Below, in pieces: positions 30,701 through 38,743 of a stretch of DNA of 64,000 bases. The stretch is from Bacteroidales bacterium (GTDB lineage: Bacteria; Bacteroidota; Bacteroidia; Bacteroidales; VadinHA17), in NCBI GenBank assembly GCA_018056245.1, contig JAGPFZ010000001.1:5038-69037 (forward strand). Reading direction: 5' to 3'. A program made the position numbers and the translations under genes. The first letter of the stretch is position 1; every line of letters starts with the position of its first letter. The notes beneath the pieces are model-generated. The model saw only the letters and a program-made list of their open reading frames with translations. It had not been told where the DNA came from and did not search any database.

Positions 30701-32194
30701 ATAAAAAAGAAATCCTCTGTTTGCAAGGTCAATGCACAGACCGGTTACAGATTCTTCCGGCAATTTGAGCCAGTTAGCAAAATCTTTTATCGGAAACGTT
30801 TCCGAGTAATACCAGTTGGCAAATTCTCTGAGACGAAATAAAGGATGATATTCATCCATTCCTGCCAGGCGTTCGAAGTAATTTGCATTGAAAAAAGACA
30901 CAGATTCAAATCGTGCCTGTCCCATTGAGGCGCCTCTTGCATGTGAAAGAAGTATTTTCGATTCGTTCATCTTCCATCTCATATTTTCAAAATACATATC
31001 GAATCCATGGTACGAGTCAAACCATGGACTTTTTGATGCCGGACTATTATTACGGAAAAGGCTTAACTCCCTGGTTTCGGCATTATATGAAAATCCAATG
31101 CCTGAATGATATATGGAATCTTTATCAAGATAAAGTGTTGAAGTAGATTCTTGTGTGTTTATTCCGTTATTGTTGATTATACATGAGTTTGTTGTCATTT
31201 TGACATAAAGGGTGTCGTTCCTGTAAAGAGTTACTTTTACAGGTGAGATATTATCGCCGGTACCGTTTACTGTATTCCCTTCAAGTTTTATACCTCCTTC
31301 ATAATTAACATCTTTGAAGATATTTTTTATAGAGAAAGTTTTCTCATAGGTTTCGAATTTCGGATAAATTATTCTGTTGGGACCTAATTTGTAAACTGCC
31401 TGATCGGACAGTACTCCATATTCCGGTTTGCTGAAGAATGTTTTATGAGTTAGTCTGGCTGAGTCGATGGTAAATGCTGCACGTGAAAAATTAATCGAGT
31501 ATATTCCAGCTTCTGCAAAAACCTCGTCTCTTTTATAACCCGCCTTTTCAAAATAAATAACTCCGCTTGTTCCTTTGAAAATCTGAATAGCTGGAAAATA
31601 TCTTCCATTTACTTTGAATATTTCAGTACTGTCTTTTTGTGAGTAAGCCGTTAGGGTAACATCGTGTAAATTTAGAAAAAATGCCGTATCGAATTTAAAA
31701 GTGACATTTCCACCCTTTATCTTCCACCAGGCTGAACCCGATTCTGCAGCGATACCTGATGAAACGAATGAGCCAGTATTTCTGATGAACCTATCGAGTA
31801 TGTCATTTGTTACTGTCTGATTATTTATCATTGCAGCAAGACCGTTTAACCAGATATTAAAATATCCCTGATTGCCTTTATAGTCAGAAAGAAGGCTCAA
31901 TGTTTTTAGAAAATTAATAAAATGAGGTACTGCTCTCATGTTTCTGGTTGCCAGCATAGAGCTTATTTCCATTATACTCTGTGAAATATCTCTATTGAAA
32001 TATGAGCTGTCCCATCTTGATTTGAAATTATTAAGAATTACTAATTGTTCGGCATTCAGATTAGGCCCCATGTATGCAGTTAACTCTTCCGAGAATTTTT
32101 CCTTTTCACCGGAAAAACTCTTTCGAGTTTGGGGTGAAAGCATGCTAACAGCAGAAAGAAAGATTAATAGAATTATAGTGAGCTTTTTAGCCAT
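27716..32194 (-). CDS. very large secreted protein of unknown function (1492 aa)
   Basis: Uninterrupted 4.5-kb ORF in an AT-rich genome. N-terminal signal peptide MAKKLTIILLIFLSAVSMLSP, beta-rich Asn/Ser/Gly-rich composition, no motif I recognise. Confidence 0.8.
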   Translation of the reverse strand: MAKKLTIILLIFLSAVSMLSPQTRKSFSGEKEKFSEELTAYMGPNLNAEQLVILNNFKSRWDSSYFNRDISQSIMEISSMLATRNMRAVPHFINFLKTLSLLSDYKGNQGYFNIWLNGLAAMINNQTVTNDILDRFIRNTGSFVSSGIAAESGSAWWKIKGGNVTFKFDTAFFLNLHDVTLTAYSQKDSTEIFKVNGRYFPAIQIFKGTSGVIYFEKAGYKRDEVFAEAGIYSINFSRAAFTIDSARLTHKTFFSKPEYGVLSDQAVYKLGPNRIIYPKFETYEKTFSIKNIFKDVNYEGGIKLEGNTVNGTGDNISPVKVTLYRNDTLYVKMTTNSCIINNNGINTQESTSTLYLDKDSIYHSGIGFSYNAETRELSLFRNNSPASKSPWFDSYHGFDMYFENMRWKMNESKILLSHARGASMGQARFESVSFFNANYFERLAGMDEYHPLFRLREFANWYYSETFPIKDFANWLKLPEESVTGLCIDLANRGFLFYDKNHNEVTIKKKVDDFIASYAGKKDYDVININSETDASTENAILDLTNYRLVINGVPEVFLSDSQSVAIYPYDERIVVGKNRSISFDGAVEAGLFTIFGHEFIFDYDTFKINLHKIDSIMIAVETDQRDNLGRPLIKDINNLIQLTTAELYIDRPDNKSGLKSLAQYPIINATAYSYIFFDKIPGLEGIYKQQDFYFKIDPFTYENIDHYTNEMMSLPGEFYGGGILKPSRQYLIIQPDNSLGFTMNIPDEGIEVYSGKGKMYNTIAMSNKGLEGIGTLCRLTSVTESDLFKFFPDSMLTKARLFTISPDGNGLFPELKVIDPEIKWYTEKDEWIAYNAQGKKFDMFGNGTQLDGKIILTSTALKGSGNIDFTDSRIVSKGFNFTTSTIQADTADYNLISPRGGDNFSFIAENVNATIDFNANVSKFSLNTGTSVVKLPEIQYICTMTDFQYNMKERILSMEQRGKTSAPLLSPEELLKVDFNRLDEPTFFSTNIIKDTIAFTSWKGKYDLNREIVEAENINYIHIADALIQPENGKIIIERGARIQQLKNAIIAVNNRHLLHSANIIIENSMNYNGSAVYNYIDEENNIQQISFNKIATDKGATSGIGNISINQNFMLSPAFTFAGDVLLSASNEHLIFTGAAGIVHKCSLKSYNVKFSSQINPKMVMIPYPEKPRDINDNLVFSGSFIAVDSAHIYPTFLSERKSWSDALIVNANGFIWYEKEKGLYRIASMQKLADLTLPGSMITFDKNYCILSGEGALNFGANYDLLKISASGKVIHNIDSGKVTFESILAFDFYFSPEALNIMSNEIKRVPTLSPVNLNSENYIVGMKNLLGENVAGRINEEIGLYGTIRSLPKEYSFELLLNDVKLYWNEPTSSFRSKGKIGIGLIGTQSVNVYVDGFVEIQRRRSGDMLDIYLKADNNTWYYFSYFRGVLMTQSGNNDYNTLISTIKLKDRKHPESSVRVPYTYMISVEDRLPRFLQRMESEQQTDE

Positions 32195-32305
32195 CAGTAA
32201 ATGATTTACCGGATCAGAAATTTCCGAACTCTTTAATAAATTAATTTAATTTATTTATTAATGAAAATGGTCATAAAACAGAAAAATATCAATTCAAATA
32301 CGCAA

Positions 32306-33064
32306 TCAATTAATGGCTTCAACTATTGCACAAAACTCTTCTTTTTTCAACGAAGCACCGCCGATAAGTCCTCCATCAACATCGGGCATATCGAATAATT
32401 CTTTAGCATTTGAAGCCTTGCAGCTTCCTCCGTAAAGAATAGTTGTTTCTTCAGCAAAATGCTTTCCGTATTTTTCAGCTATTAATTTTCTTATATAGCT
32501 ATGCATTTCCTGAGCCTGAGCAGGTGTCGCTGTTAACCCTGTGCCTATAGCCCATACAGGTTCGTAAGCTATAATTACATTCTTCATTTCTTCTTTGGAA
32601 AGATTGAAAATACCTTTTTCGAGCTGATTCTTTACAACATCGAAATGGATTTCCGATTTGCGTTCGGAAAGAACCTCGCCGCAGCAAAAAATAACATTTA
32701 AACCTGTTGCAACTGCGAGTTTTATTTTTTTGTTCAGGAATTCATCGTCTTCTTTGAAATATGTTCTCCGTTCCGAATGTCCGATGATAACATATCCGGC
32801 TCCTGTGCTTTTTATCATTCCACATGATATTTCCCCTGTAAAGGCCCCTGAAGGTTCCGAATGACAATTCTGAGCCCCCCAGCCAATGTTACTATTCTGA
32901 AGTATTTCCTTCAGCGGAGCAAGATGAATAAAAGGAGTACATAATACAACATCAGCATTGGTTTTTTTATTTTTGAAATAATTCTTTATTTCTGCTGCAA
33001 GTTCTAATCCTGCATTCAATTCCATATTCATCTTCCAGTTTCCGGCTACAACTTTTTTTCTCAT
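32306..33064 (-). CDS. tpiA: triosephosphate isomerase
   Basis: VAGNWKMN, IIGHSERR, AYEPVWAIGTG, GGASL motifs. 252 aa. Confidence 0.95.
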   Translation of the reverse strand: MRKKVVAGNWKMNMELNAGLELAAEIKNYFKNKKTNADVVLCTPFIHLAPLKEILQNSNIGWGAQNCHSEPSGAFTGEISCGMIKSTGAGYVIIGHSERRTYFKEDDEFLNKKIKLAVATGLNVIFCCGEVLSERKSEIHFDVVKNQLEKGIFNLSKEEMKNVIIAYEPVWAIGTGLTATPAQAQEMHSYIRKLIAEKYGKHFAEETTILYGGSCKASNAKELFDMPDVDGGLIGGASLKKEEFCAIVEAIN

Positions 33065-33095
33065 AGTAATTTTAAGTTAATGAATTAATAATTAA

Positions 33096-34211
33096 TCACT
33101 TTTGTTTTATTAATTTTTCAATGTCGTCAGGCAGATTTGCCCACGACCATTTTCCTGTAACAACGCCGTTTTTCAGCATTATATATCCGGGATTCGTTCT
33201 CACCATCGTCTTGAGTGTCGTTTCATCGGCAAGGCAGAATTTAAGGCCGTTCTCATATTTTTTTACTTTTTCAGTCTCAGACGATGTAAGTATATAAAAA
33301 TCAATTCCATTAGCAATACATTTTCTGCCACTTTCGAATCCTTTTTTGATTCTATTGTCTTTTGCCTGCTCAAGTTTACGCGATATCATAAGCAAAGTAT
33401 ATCCCTGGTTATTCAAAACCGAATCGGTTATATCTTTGCCGTCTATTGTTATTATTGCAAAGTCATGAACCGGCGGTTCATATCCTTTTTTTACCATTAT
33501 TGACTTCTGGTCAATGAATTTCCATGTTGTATCATTTGCCGGATAATCATCGAGAGTAAATTCTTTCCTTATTCCATTTTTTTCATAAATAAATGTCGTC
33601 TTAAAAACTGGTGCCGGCGCTCCTTCAGGTATAGTCATCAGCTCTTTTAAATTATTACCTATTTTGTATGGAAGAAAATCTATAACAGGGAGATAAATAA
33701 GATTATAAAAGGTAAATCCGAGAAAAACTAATGACATTGCGGCTATTGTAAGCCATCCCCTTGTTGGTTTATCAATTAGAAACCCGTTCGGTTTATTTAT
33801 GTCAAAGAAAAGTATCACGATGAATGCTGAAAGCAAAATATTTTTTTCAAACGTTTGCCAGTTGGTAAGTTTGACGGCATCGCCGAAACAACCACAATCC
33901 GTAACAGGGTTGGTAATTGCAAGCACGAGAGTGAGCGGGGTAAAAATAGCCATCAGAATCAATATGCCCAGCAATCCTTCCCTGTATCTTATTCCGGTCA
34001 AAACTGCAAAGCCTGAGATAAATTCAGCAAGACATAGAATGATGGCAAGAGGAAGGCTTAAAGGCTGAAGAAAATCAATGCCGAATGCTGAGAAATAGTC
34101 CGAAAATTTAAAAGCCGAACCCATAGGGTCAATAGCTTTTACTGTTCCGGAAAAAACAAAAACAGCGCCAGTAATTATCCTCAAAAGAACTTTTAAAGTC
34201 TTTAATATCAT
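33096..34211 (-). CDS. DoxX/MauE-like membrane domain fused to thioredoxin-like domain (BT_3928-type protein)
   Basis: About 5 N-terminal TM helices with a DCGCFGD motif. The C-terminal ~200 aa is a TlpA-like fold without CxxC. Start overlaps the stop of the tmk-like gene by 4 bp. Confidence 0.65.
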   Translation of the reverse strand: MILKTLKVLLRIITGAVFVFSGTVKAIDPMGSAFKFSDYFSAFGIDFLQPLSLPLAIILCLAEFISGFAVLTGIRYREGLLGILILMAIFTPLTLVLAITNPVTDCGCFGDAVKLTNWQTFEKNILLSAFIVILFFDINKPNGFLIDKPTRGWLTIAAMSLVFLGFTFYNLIYLPVIDFLPYKIGNNLKELMTIPEGAPAPVFKTTFIYEKNGIRKEFTLDDYPANDTTWKFIDQKSIMVKKGYEPPVHDFAIITIDGKDITDSVLNNQGYTLLMISRKLEQAKDNRIKKGFESGRKCIANGIDFYILTSSETEKVKKYENGLKFCLADETTLKTMVRTNPGYIMLKNGVVTGKWSWANLPDDIEKLIKQK

Positions 34212-34894
34212 ATTAATTCTTTTTCTTTCAGCAGCTCAGTAATCATTACGAATATTTTTTCGGGTGCAAGCATAAGACCGTCCGAATCGGAACAATCTAT
34301 AACTGTAAGTAATGGATCGTTTTCAGCAACATTAAGATACATTTCGCGAACTCGCATTTGGAATATTAAATTACTTTCATGTATATCGTTCTGACCGTTG
34401 AGATATTTTCTATCACTTCCGTTTCGCCCTGAAGTGAGTTTATCTTTAGTGAAAGAGAATGGCACATCGAGAAAAATGTTTAACGATGGCTTTGGAATCG
34501 CAAAATATTCAAATTCAAGCCTAAAAATCCAGTTTTTCAGTCTATTTTGTTCTTCTGTATCTTTAATTTTTGCACATTGATATGCAATATTTGAATAAGT
34601 ATAACGGTCAATAAGTACTACTTTTTTTTCATTAAGCCATTCGTTTATTAATGGAGCAGCATCTTTTCGGTCGCCGGCATATAACATTGCGACCAGATAT
34701 GGATCAACTTTATTCAGTGACCCAAATTCACCCCTGAGAAAACGTGCAATAAGTTCGCCAAACCAGGGAGTATCAGTTCTGGGAAAATGAATATGCTCAG
34801 ATAAGAGTCCCTGTTTCTCAAAAAAATCTTTGAGTAGTTTTATCTGGGTCGTTTTTCCTGAACCGTCAAGGCCTTCTATAACAAAAAGCTTCAT
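34208..34894 (-). CDS. tmk: thymidylate (dTMP) kinase-like P-loop kinase
   Basis: P-loop IEGLDGSGKTTQ and DRY motif (LIDRYTYSN). 228 aa. Confidence 0.7.
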   Translation of the reverse strand: MKLFVIEGLDGSGKTTQIKLLKDFFEKQGLLSEHIHFPRTDTPWFGELIARFLRGEFGSLNKVDPYLVAMLYAGDRKDAAPLINEWLNEKKVVLIDRYTYSNIAYQCAKIKDTEEQNRLKNWIFRLEFEYFAIPKPSLNIFLDVPFSFTKDKLTSGRNGSDRKYLNGQNDIHESNLIFQMRVREMYLNVAENDPLLTVIDCSDSDGLMLAPEKIFVMITELLKEKELI

Positions 34895-34911
34895 TAGGAA
34901 AGTTTGAATAC

Positions 34912-35040
34912 AAATGTAATAATGAAGAGTGAAAGAAAAAAGTGAAATATTAAAGGAAAGAAGGAGAGAAGAAGAGGAAGAAGAAGAGATTGGGAGATAG
35001 GTAAAATGGATGAATTAAGAGAAGAAAAAAAAATTAATTA
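34912..35040. repeat. cytosine-free polypurine-rich tract (plus strand), with a 38-nt pure purine core at 34952..34989
   Basis: No C on the plus strand for 129 nt. Core is aaaggaaagaaggagagaagaagaggaagaagaagaga. Lies between the divergent tmk-like and folP starts. Confidence 0.9.
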
Positions 35041-35059
35041 CATTTGAGTTTTTAAGGCG

Positions 35060-35923
35060 ATGTTCAGAAAATCGAGATATATAAATGTTAAAGGAAGGCT
35101 TATTGATCTGCAGAGGCCAAGAATAATGGGGGTTATTAATGTCACTCCTGATTCATTTTATTCTGGTAGTTGCCGGACCGATGAAGATGAGATAATCGAA
35201 ACAGCACGGAAAATGATAAGCGAGGGTGCCGATTTTATAGATGTTGGTGGTTATTCTTCCAGGCCGGGCGCAGAAACTATAACTGTTGAAGAGGAAAAGA
35301 AAAGAGTTTTACCTGCAATAAAAATCATATCCGGGTTATTTCCTGATGCTGTAATTTCTGTAGATACATTCAGGGCTGATGTTGCTTATGAGGCGATAAC
35401 ATCATGTGGTGCTCATATAATCAATGATATTTCCGGGGGTGAACTCGACCAAGAAATGTTTCCTCTTGTTAAGCAACTCAATGTGCCATATATAATGATG
35501 CATATGAAAGGAACTCCTGCCAGTATGCAAAATAATCCTTTTTATGAAGATGTTGTGGCAGAAATTCTTATGTGGATGGGAGAGAAGATTGTAACACTTC
35601 AGTCGGCCGGTGTTAAGGATATAATAGTTGATCCAGGTATAGGTTTTGGGAAAACCGCGGAGCATAACTTTGAAATTTTACGACGATTAAGGGAGTTCAG
35701 TATTACGGGGTTGCCGGTGCTCGTAGGAGTATCAAGGAAATCGGTGATATGGAAGACACTTGATATTACACCTGATGAGGCTCTCAACGGTTCAACCGTA
35801 CTAAATACGATTGCATTGTTGAATGGAGCCGATATAATTCGGGTTCATGATATAAAAGAAGCCGTACAGACTCGTGAGCTTGTATTAAGAGTTATGCAAA
35901 AGGAAAAGATTGTGTTATTGTAA
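35060..35923 (+). CDS. folP: dihydropteroate synthase
   Basis: MGVINVTPDSFY, DVGGYSSRPG, INDISGG, DPGIGFGKT, GVSRKS motifs. 287 aa. Confidence 0.9.
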   Translation: MFRKSRYINVKGRLIDLQRPRIMGVINVTPDSFYSGSCRTDEDEIIETARKMISEGADFIDVGGYSSRPGAETITVEEEKKRVLPAIKIISGLFPDAVISVDTFRADVAYEAITSCGAHIINDISGGELDQEMFPLVKQLNVPYIMMHMKGTPASMQNNPFYEDVVAEILMWMGEKIVTLQSAGVKDIIVDPGIGFGKTAEHNFEILRRLREFSITGLPVLVGVSRKSVIWKTLDITPDEALNGSTVLNTIALLNGADIIRVHDIKEAVQTRELVLRVMQKEKIVLL

Positions 35924-35941
35924 AATTTTAAATTTATTTGG

Positions 35942-36715
35942 ATGCCTTTCAAAATTACATTTCTAGATTTAGTTGATGTTTTCCTTGTGGCCTTTCTGTT
36001 CTATCAGCTTTACCAGCTTATCAAAGGTACTCCGGCACTGAGCATATTCATAACAGTTTTTTTTATTTATATTTTCTGGCTTATTGTCAAGGCCTTAAAC
36101 CTTGAGCTTATGAGCACTCTTCTTGGCCAGGTAATAGGTGTTGGCGTCATTGCGCTTATAATTGTTTTTCAGCAGGAGATAAGAAGATTTCTATTGATAA
36201 CGGGCAACAAATATATTTACAATAAGAATTTACCAGGCTTAAAATATCTTTTCGAAAGGAATTCCCCGAAAGAAAGTCCGCATAATATTGAAGAGATAAT
36301 TCGTGCTGTGGAATCACTGGCAAGGAAAAAGACAGGTGCCCTTATTGTTATAGGCCGTTCAGGAACACTTGAGCCATGGACGGAAGGCGGTAAAAAGCTT
36401 AATTCACAGATCAGTTCTGAACTTATTGAGACAATATTTTCCAAAAACACTCCTCTTCACGACGGTGCCGTTCTTATAGAACGTGGCCAGATAATCGCCG
36501 CACGATGTCCGCTTCCTATAACCGAACAGACAAATATTTCAAGCGATTATGGTATGAGACACAGAGCCGCTCTCGGAATTTCCGAAAAAACCGATGCTCT
36601 TGTTATTGTTGTATCTGAAGAAACGGGTCGGATAAGCCTTGCCGAAGCAGGAGAACTAAAGACAAACATTACACCAAAGGAGTTAAGAAGGGTTTTATCA
36701 GGAGAAAAAGTGTAG
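35942..36715 (+). CDS. cdaA: diadenylate cyclase (c-di-AMP synthase), membrane-anchored CdaA type
   Basis: Three N-terminal TM helices. DAC domain motifs GALIVI, TPLHDGAVLI, RHRAALGISE.TDA.VIVVSEETG. Confidence 0.85.
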   Translation: MPFKITFLDLVDVFLVAFLFYQLYQLIKGTPALSIFITVFFIYIFWLIVKALNLELMSTLLGQVIGVGVIALIIVFQQEIRRFLLITGNKYIYNKNLPGLKYLFERNSPKESPHNIEEIIRAVESLARKKTGALIVIGRSGTLEPWTEGGKKLNSQISSELIETIFSKNTPLHDGAVLIERGQIIAARCPLPITEQTNISSDYGMRHRAALGISEKTDALVIVVSEETGRISLAEAGELKTNITPKELRRVLSGEKV

Positions 36716-36727
36716 ATATTACACGTA

Positions 36728-37159
36728 TTAATTTTGATATTTAATCCTCAGATTAACAGTTTTGTCATAAACATAATAACAAGGCTCTTTGCATTGATTC
36801 TTTTCATATTTTACTCTCGGATATGCCGAATCAACTGCAATATAAACTATTCCTCTCTCGTCAGTATAAGTTGCTGTAACAGTATATATTTTGTTCAGTG
36901 CAACATTTATTTTACAATCAGAGGAAGGCACATAATAGCTATCAATAAGAATATTGTCTTCCAATTTCCCTTCATAAATTCTTACTAAAACCGAAGGTGA
37001 AAATTCATCTCTGATTTTTTTGTCCAGTTTTATTATCAACGTAGCATAATCAGGTTCAGTTTCGCTACACTCATCACACTTAATTAGTAAAAGGTTCTCG
37101 TCGCAAGAAAATACGACTGCAAGAAAAATGAAAAGGATATAATCAATATACTTTTTCAT
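36728..37159 (-). CDS. hypothetical Cys-rich lipoprotein
   Basis: Lipobox AVVFSC, 143 aa, 7 Cys. Lies 7 bp downstream of the ankyrin gene on the same strand. Confidence 0.5.
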   Translation of the reverse strand: MKKYIDYILFIFLAVVFSCDENLLLIKCDECSETEPDYATLIIKLDKKIRDEFSPSVLVRIYEGKLEDNILIDSYYVPSSDCKINVALNKIYTVTATYTDERGIVYIAVDSAYPRVKYEKNQCKEPCYYVYDKTVNLRIKYQN

Positions 37160-37166
37160 AGATATG

Positions 37167-38627
37167 TCAATACCACTTTATTATTTTCCCTGGTGCTCTT
37201 ATCTTGTTGAAGAACATATTGTATCCAATACCTGCTTTGATCCATATCGGACCAATTCTATAAAATGGAAGATTATAATACTCAGCATTAAATTGCAAAC
37301 TAAAGTTATTTTTAAGCCATTTCATCCCTGCTGAAGGAATAAATTTTATTTTGTTTCCTGGAACAATATCCGTCCCTTTAAGCTTATTACCTAGGAAATA
37401 CCCACCGGCAAGAGAAATTGAAAAAAACCAGTTGCCACCAAGCGGATTGTCGGTAACTGCAAAATCTTTAAAAACGCCAGCGTATATCAGGGAGCTTTTA
37501 TCCATATATTGATAGAATATTTCATCTGAGACTTTCATTAATACACGGGAATAAGCAGGTTTAAAATCATATCCTAAAGTAAATCCTATATTTCGTGATA
37601 TTTCCTTCAGAGATATTGAACCCCCTATGTAATAATCGTGAAGGCAAAATTTTGTTTCTGGGAGAAAGTTTATATGGTCAATTCTATTATTTGAAACAGT
37701 GTTTATATTGCTTTCTTCCAGTATTTTCACTATTTCTTTTCTCCCATAAGTTATGGCAACATCATAAGGATTGACCGAGTTTGGATTTTCACTTACCCAA
37801 CTGTTTCCCTTTCTTAAAAGATATTTAACAGCCTCAATATGATTCGATTTGGTTGCCAGACATAGTGCGTTGTAACCATAATTATTAGTTTCATAAATAT
37901 TTACAAATCGTTTAATAAGAAGCTCCATTATCAAAGTATCACCATTCTGTGCTGCAATCAGAAATGGAGTAAATCCGTCTTTATCTTTTTCAGAAACATT
38001 TGCACTGTTTTGGATAATAAGGTCGGCAATATCTACATGTCCTGCCCAAATTGCAGCCATAAGAGGAGTAGTTCCATCTTTGTCTTTAATATATGTTGCC
38101 GCTTCGTAATAGAGCAGTATGTCAACCATTTCAAAATAGCCGTATGCAGCCGCATAATGAAGCGGAGTCGCCCCGAACCTGTCGGTAATATTGACATCGG
38201 CTCCATAATGCACCAATATTTCAGCTATTTCGAGATAATTACTTTTTGCAGCTATGTGGAGAGGCGCTTCGGAATAGTTTGATATAACATCTGGATCGGC
38301 ACCATTTTCAAGAAGAACTCTCACGGCATTGGGTTTATTATTTGCTGTTGCAAAATGGAGCGGGGTCGCCCTTTCATTTGTTGAAGTATTAACATCTGCA
38401 CCGTGTCTAATCAACCATTCTATCCCAATAACATCTCCTTCGGCCGATGCAATCAACAGATTGTAATTCAAGTTAAATTCAACATCAGGACCTCTCAATA
38501 TATCCTCGTAACTGAGAGTATCACTTTCCTCCTGCTCATTTTCCTGTGGTATAGATTTATAAAATACACATAAACATAGCATAAGAGTGATAGCCTTCCT
38601 TAGATATGTTGAGGTTTTCATAGGCAT
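37167..38627 (-). CDS. secreted ankyrin-repeat protein with C-terminal beta-barrel-like domain
   Basis: Signal peptide, about 7 ANK repeats (..TPLH.A...G....V..LL..GAD.N), then ~170 aa of alternating hydrophobic beta-strand pattern ending ...GKIIKWY. Confidence 0.8.
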   Translation of the reverse strand: MPMKTSTYLRKAITLMLCLCVFYKSIPQENEQEESDTLSYEDILRGPDVEFNLNYNLLIASAEGDVIGIEWLIRHGADVNTSTNERATPLHFATANNKPNAVRVLLENGADPDVISNYSEAPLHIAAKSNYLEIAEILVHYGADVNITDRFGATPLHYAAAYGYFEMVDILLYYEAATYIKDKDGTTPLMAAIWAGHVDIADLIIQNSANVSEKDKDGFTPFLIAAQNGDTLIMELLIKRFVNIYETNNYGYNALCLATKSNHIEAVKYLLRKGNSWVSENPNSVNPYDVAITYGRKEIVKILEESNINTVSNNRIDHINFLPETKFCLHDYYIGGSISLKEISRNIGFTLGYDFKPAYSRVLMKVSDEIFYQYMDKSSLIYAGVFKDFAVTDNPLGGNWFFSISLAGGYFLGNKLKGTDIVPGNKIKFIPSAGMKWLKNNFSLQFNAEYYNLPFYRIGPIWIKAGIGYNMFFNKIRAPGKIIKWY

Positions 38628-38743
38628 AACACAAAGATATTAATTTAGTTAATATTTTTGACATACAGGAATTATGTTAATTAATATAACAAATTAATTT
38701 TTTTTGTGATATTTTTTATTTTTGTATTATTCAAATAAGTGTT

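Noticed and set aside
34922-35047. Two tiny ORFs (7 and 13 codons) inside the polypurine tract as leader peptides for folP
   Set aside because: ORFs this short arise by chance, and I cannot see an attenuator structure. They are mentioned only as context in the polypurine finding.
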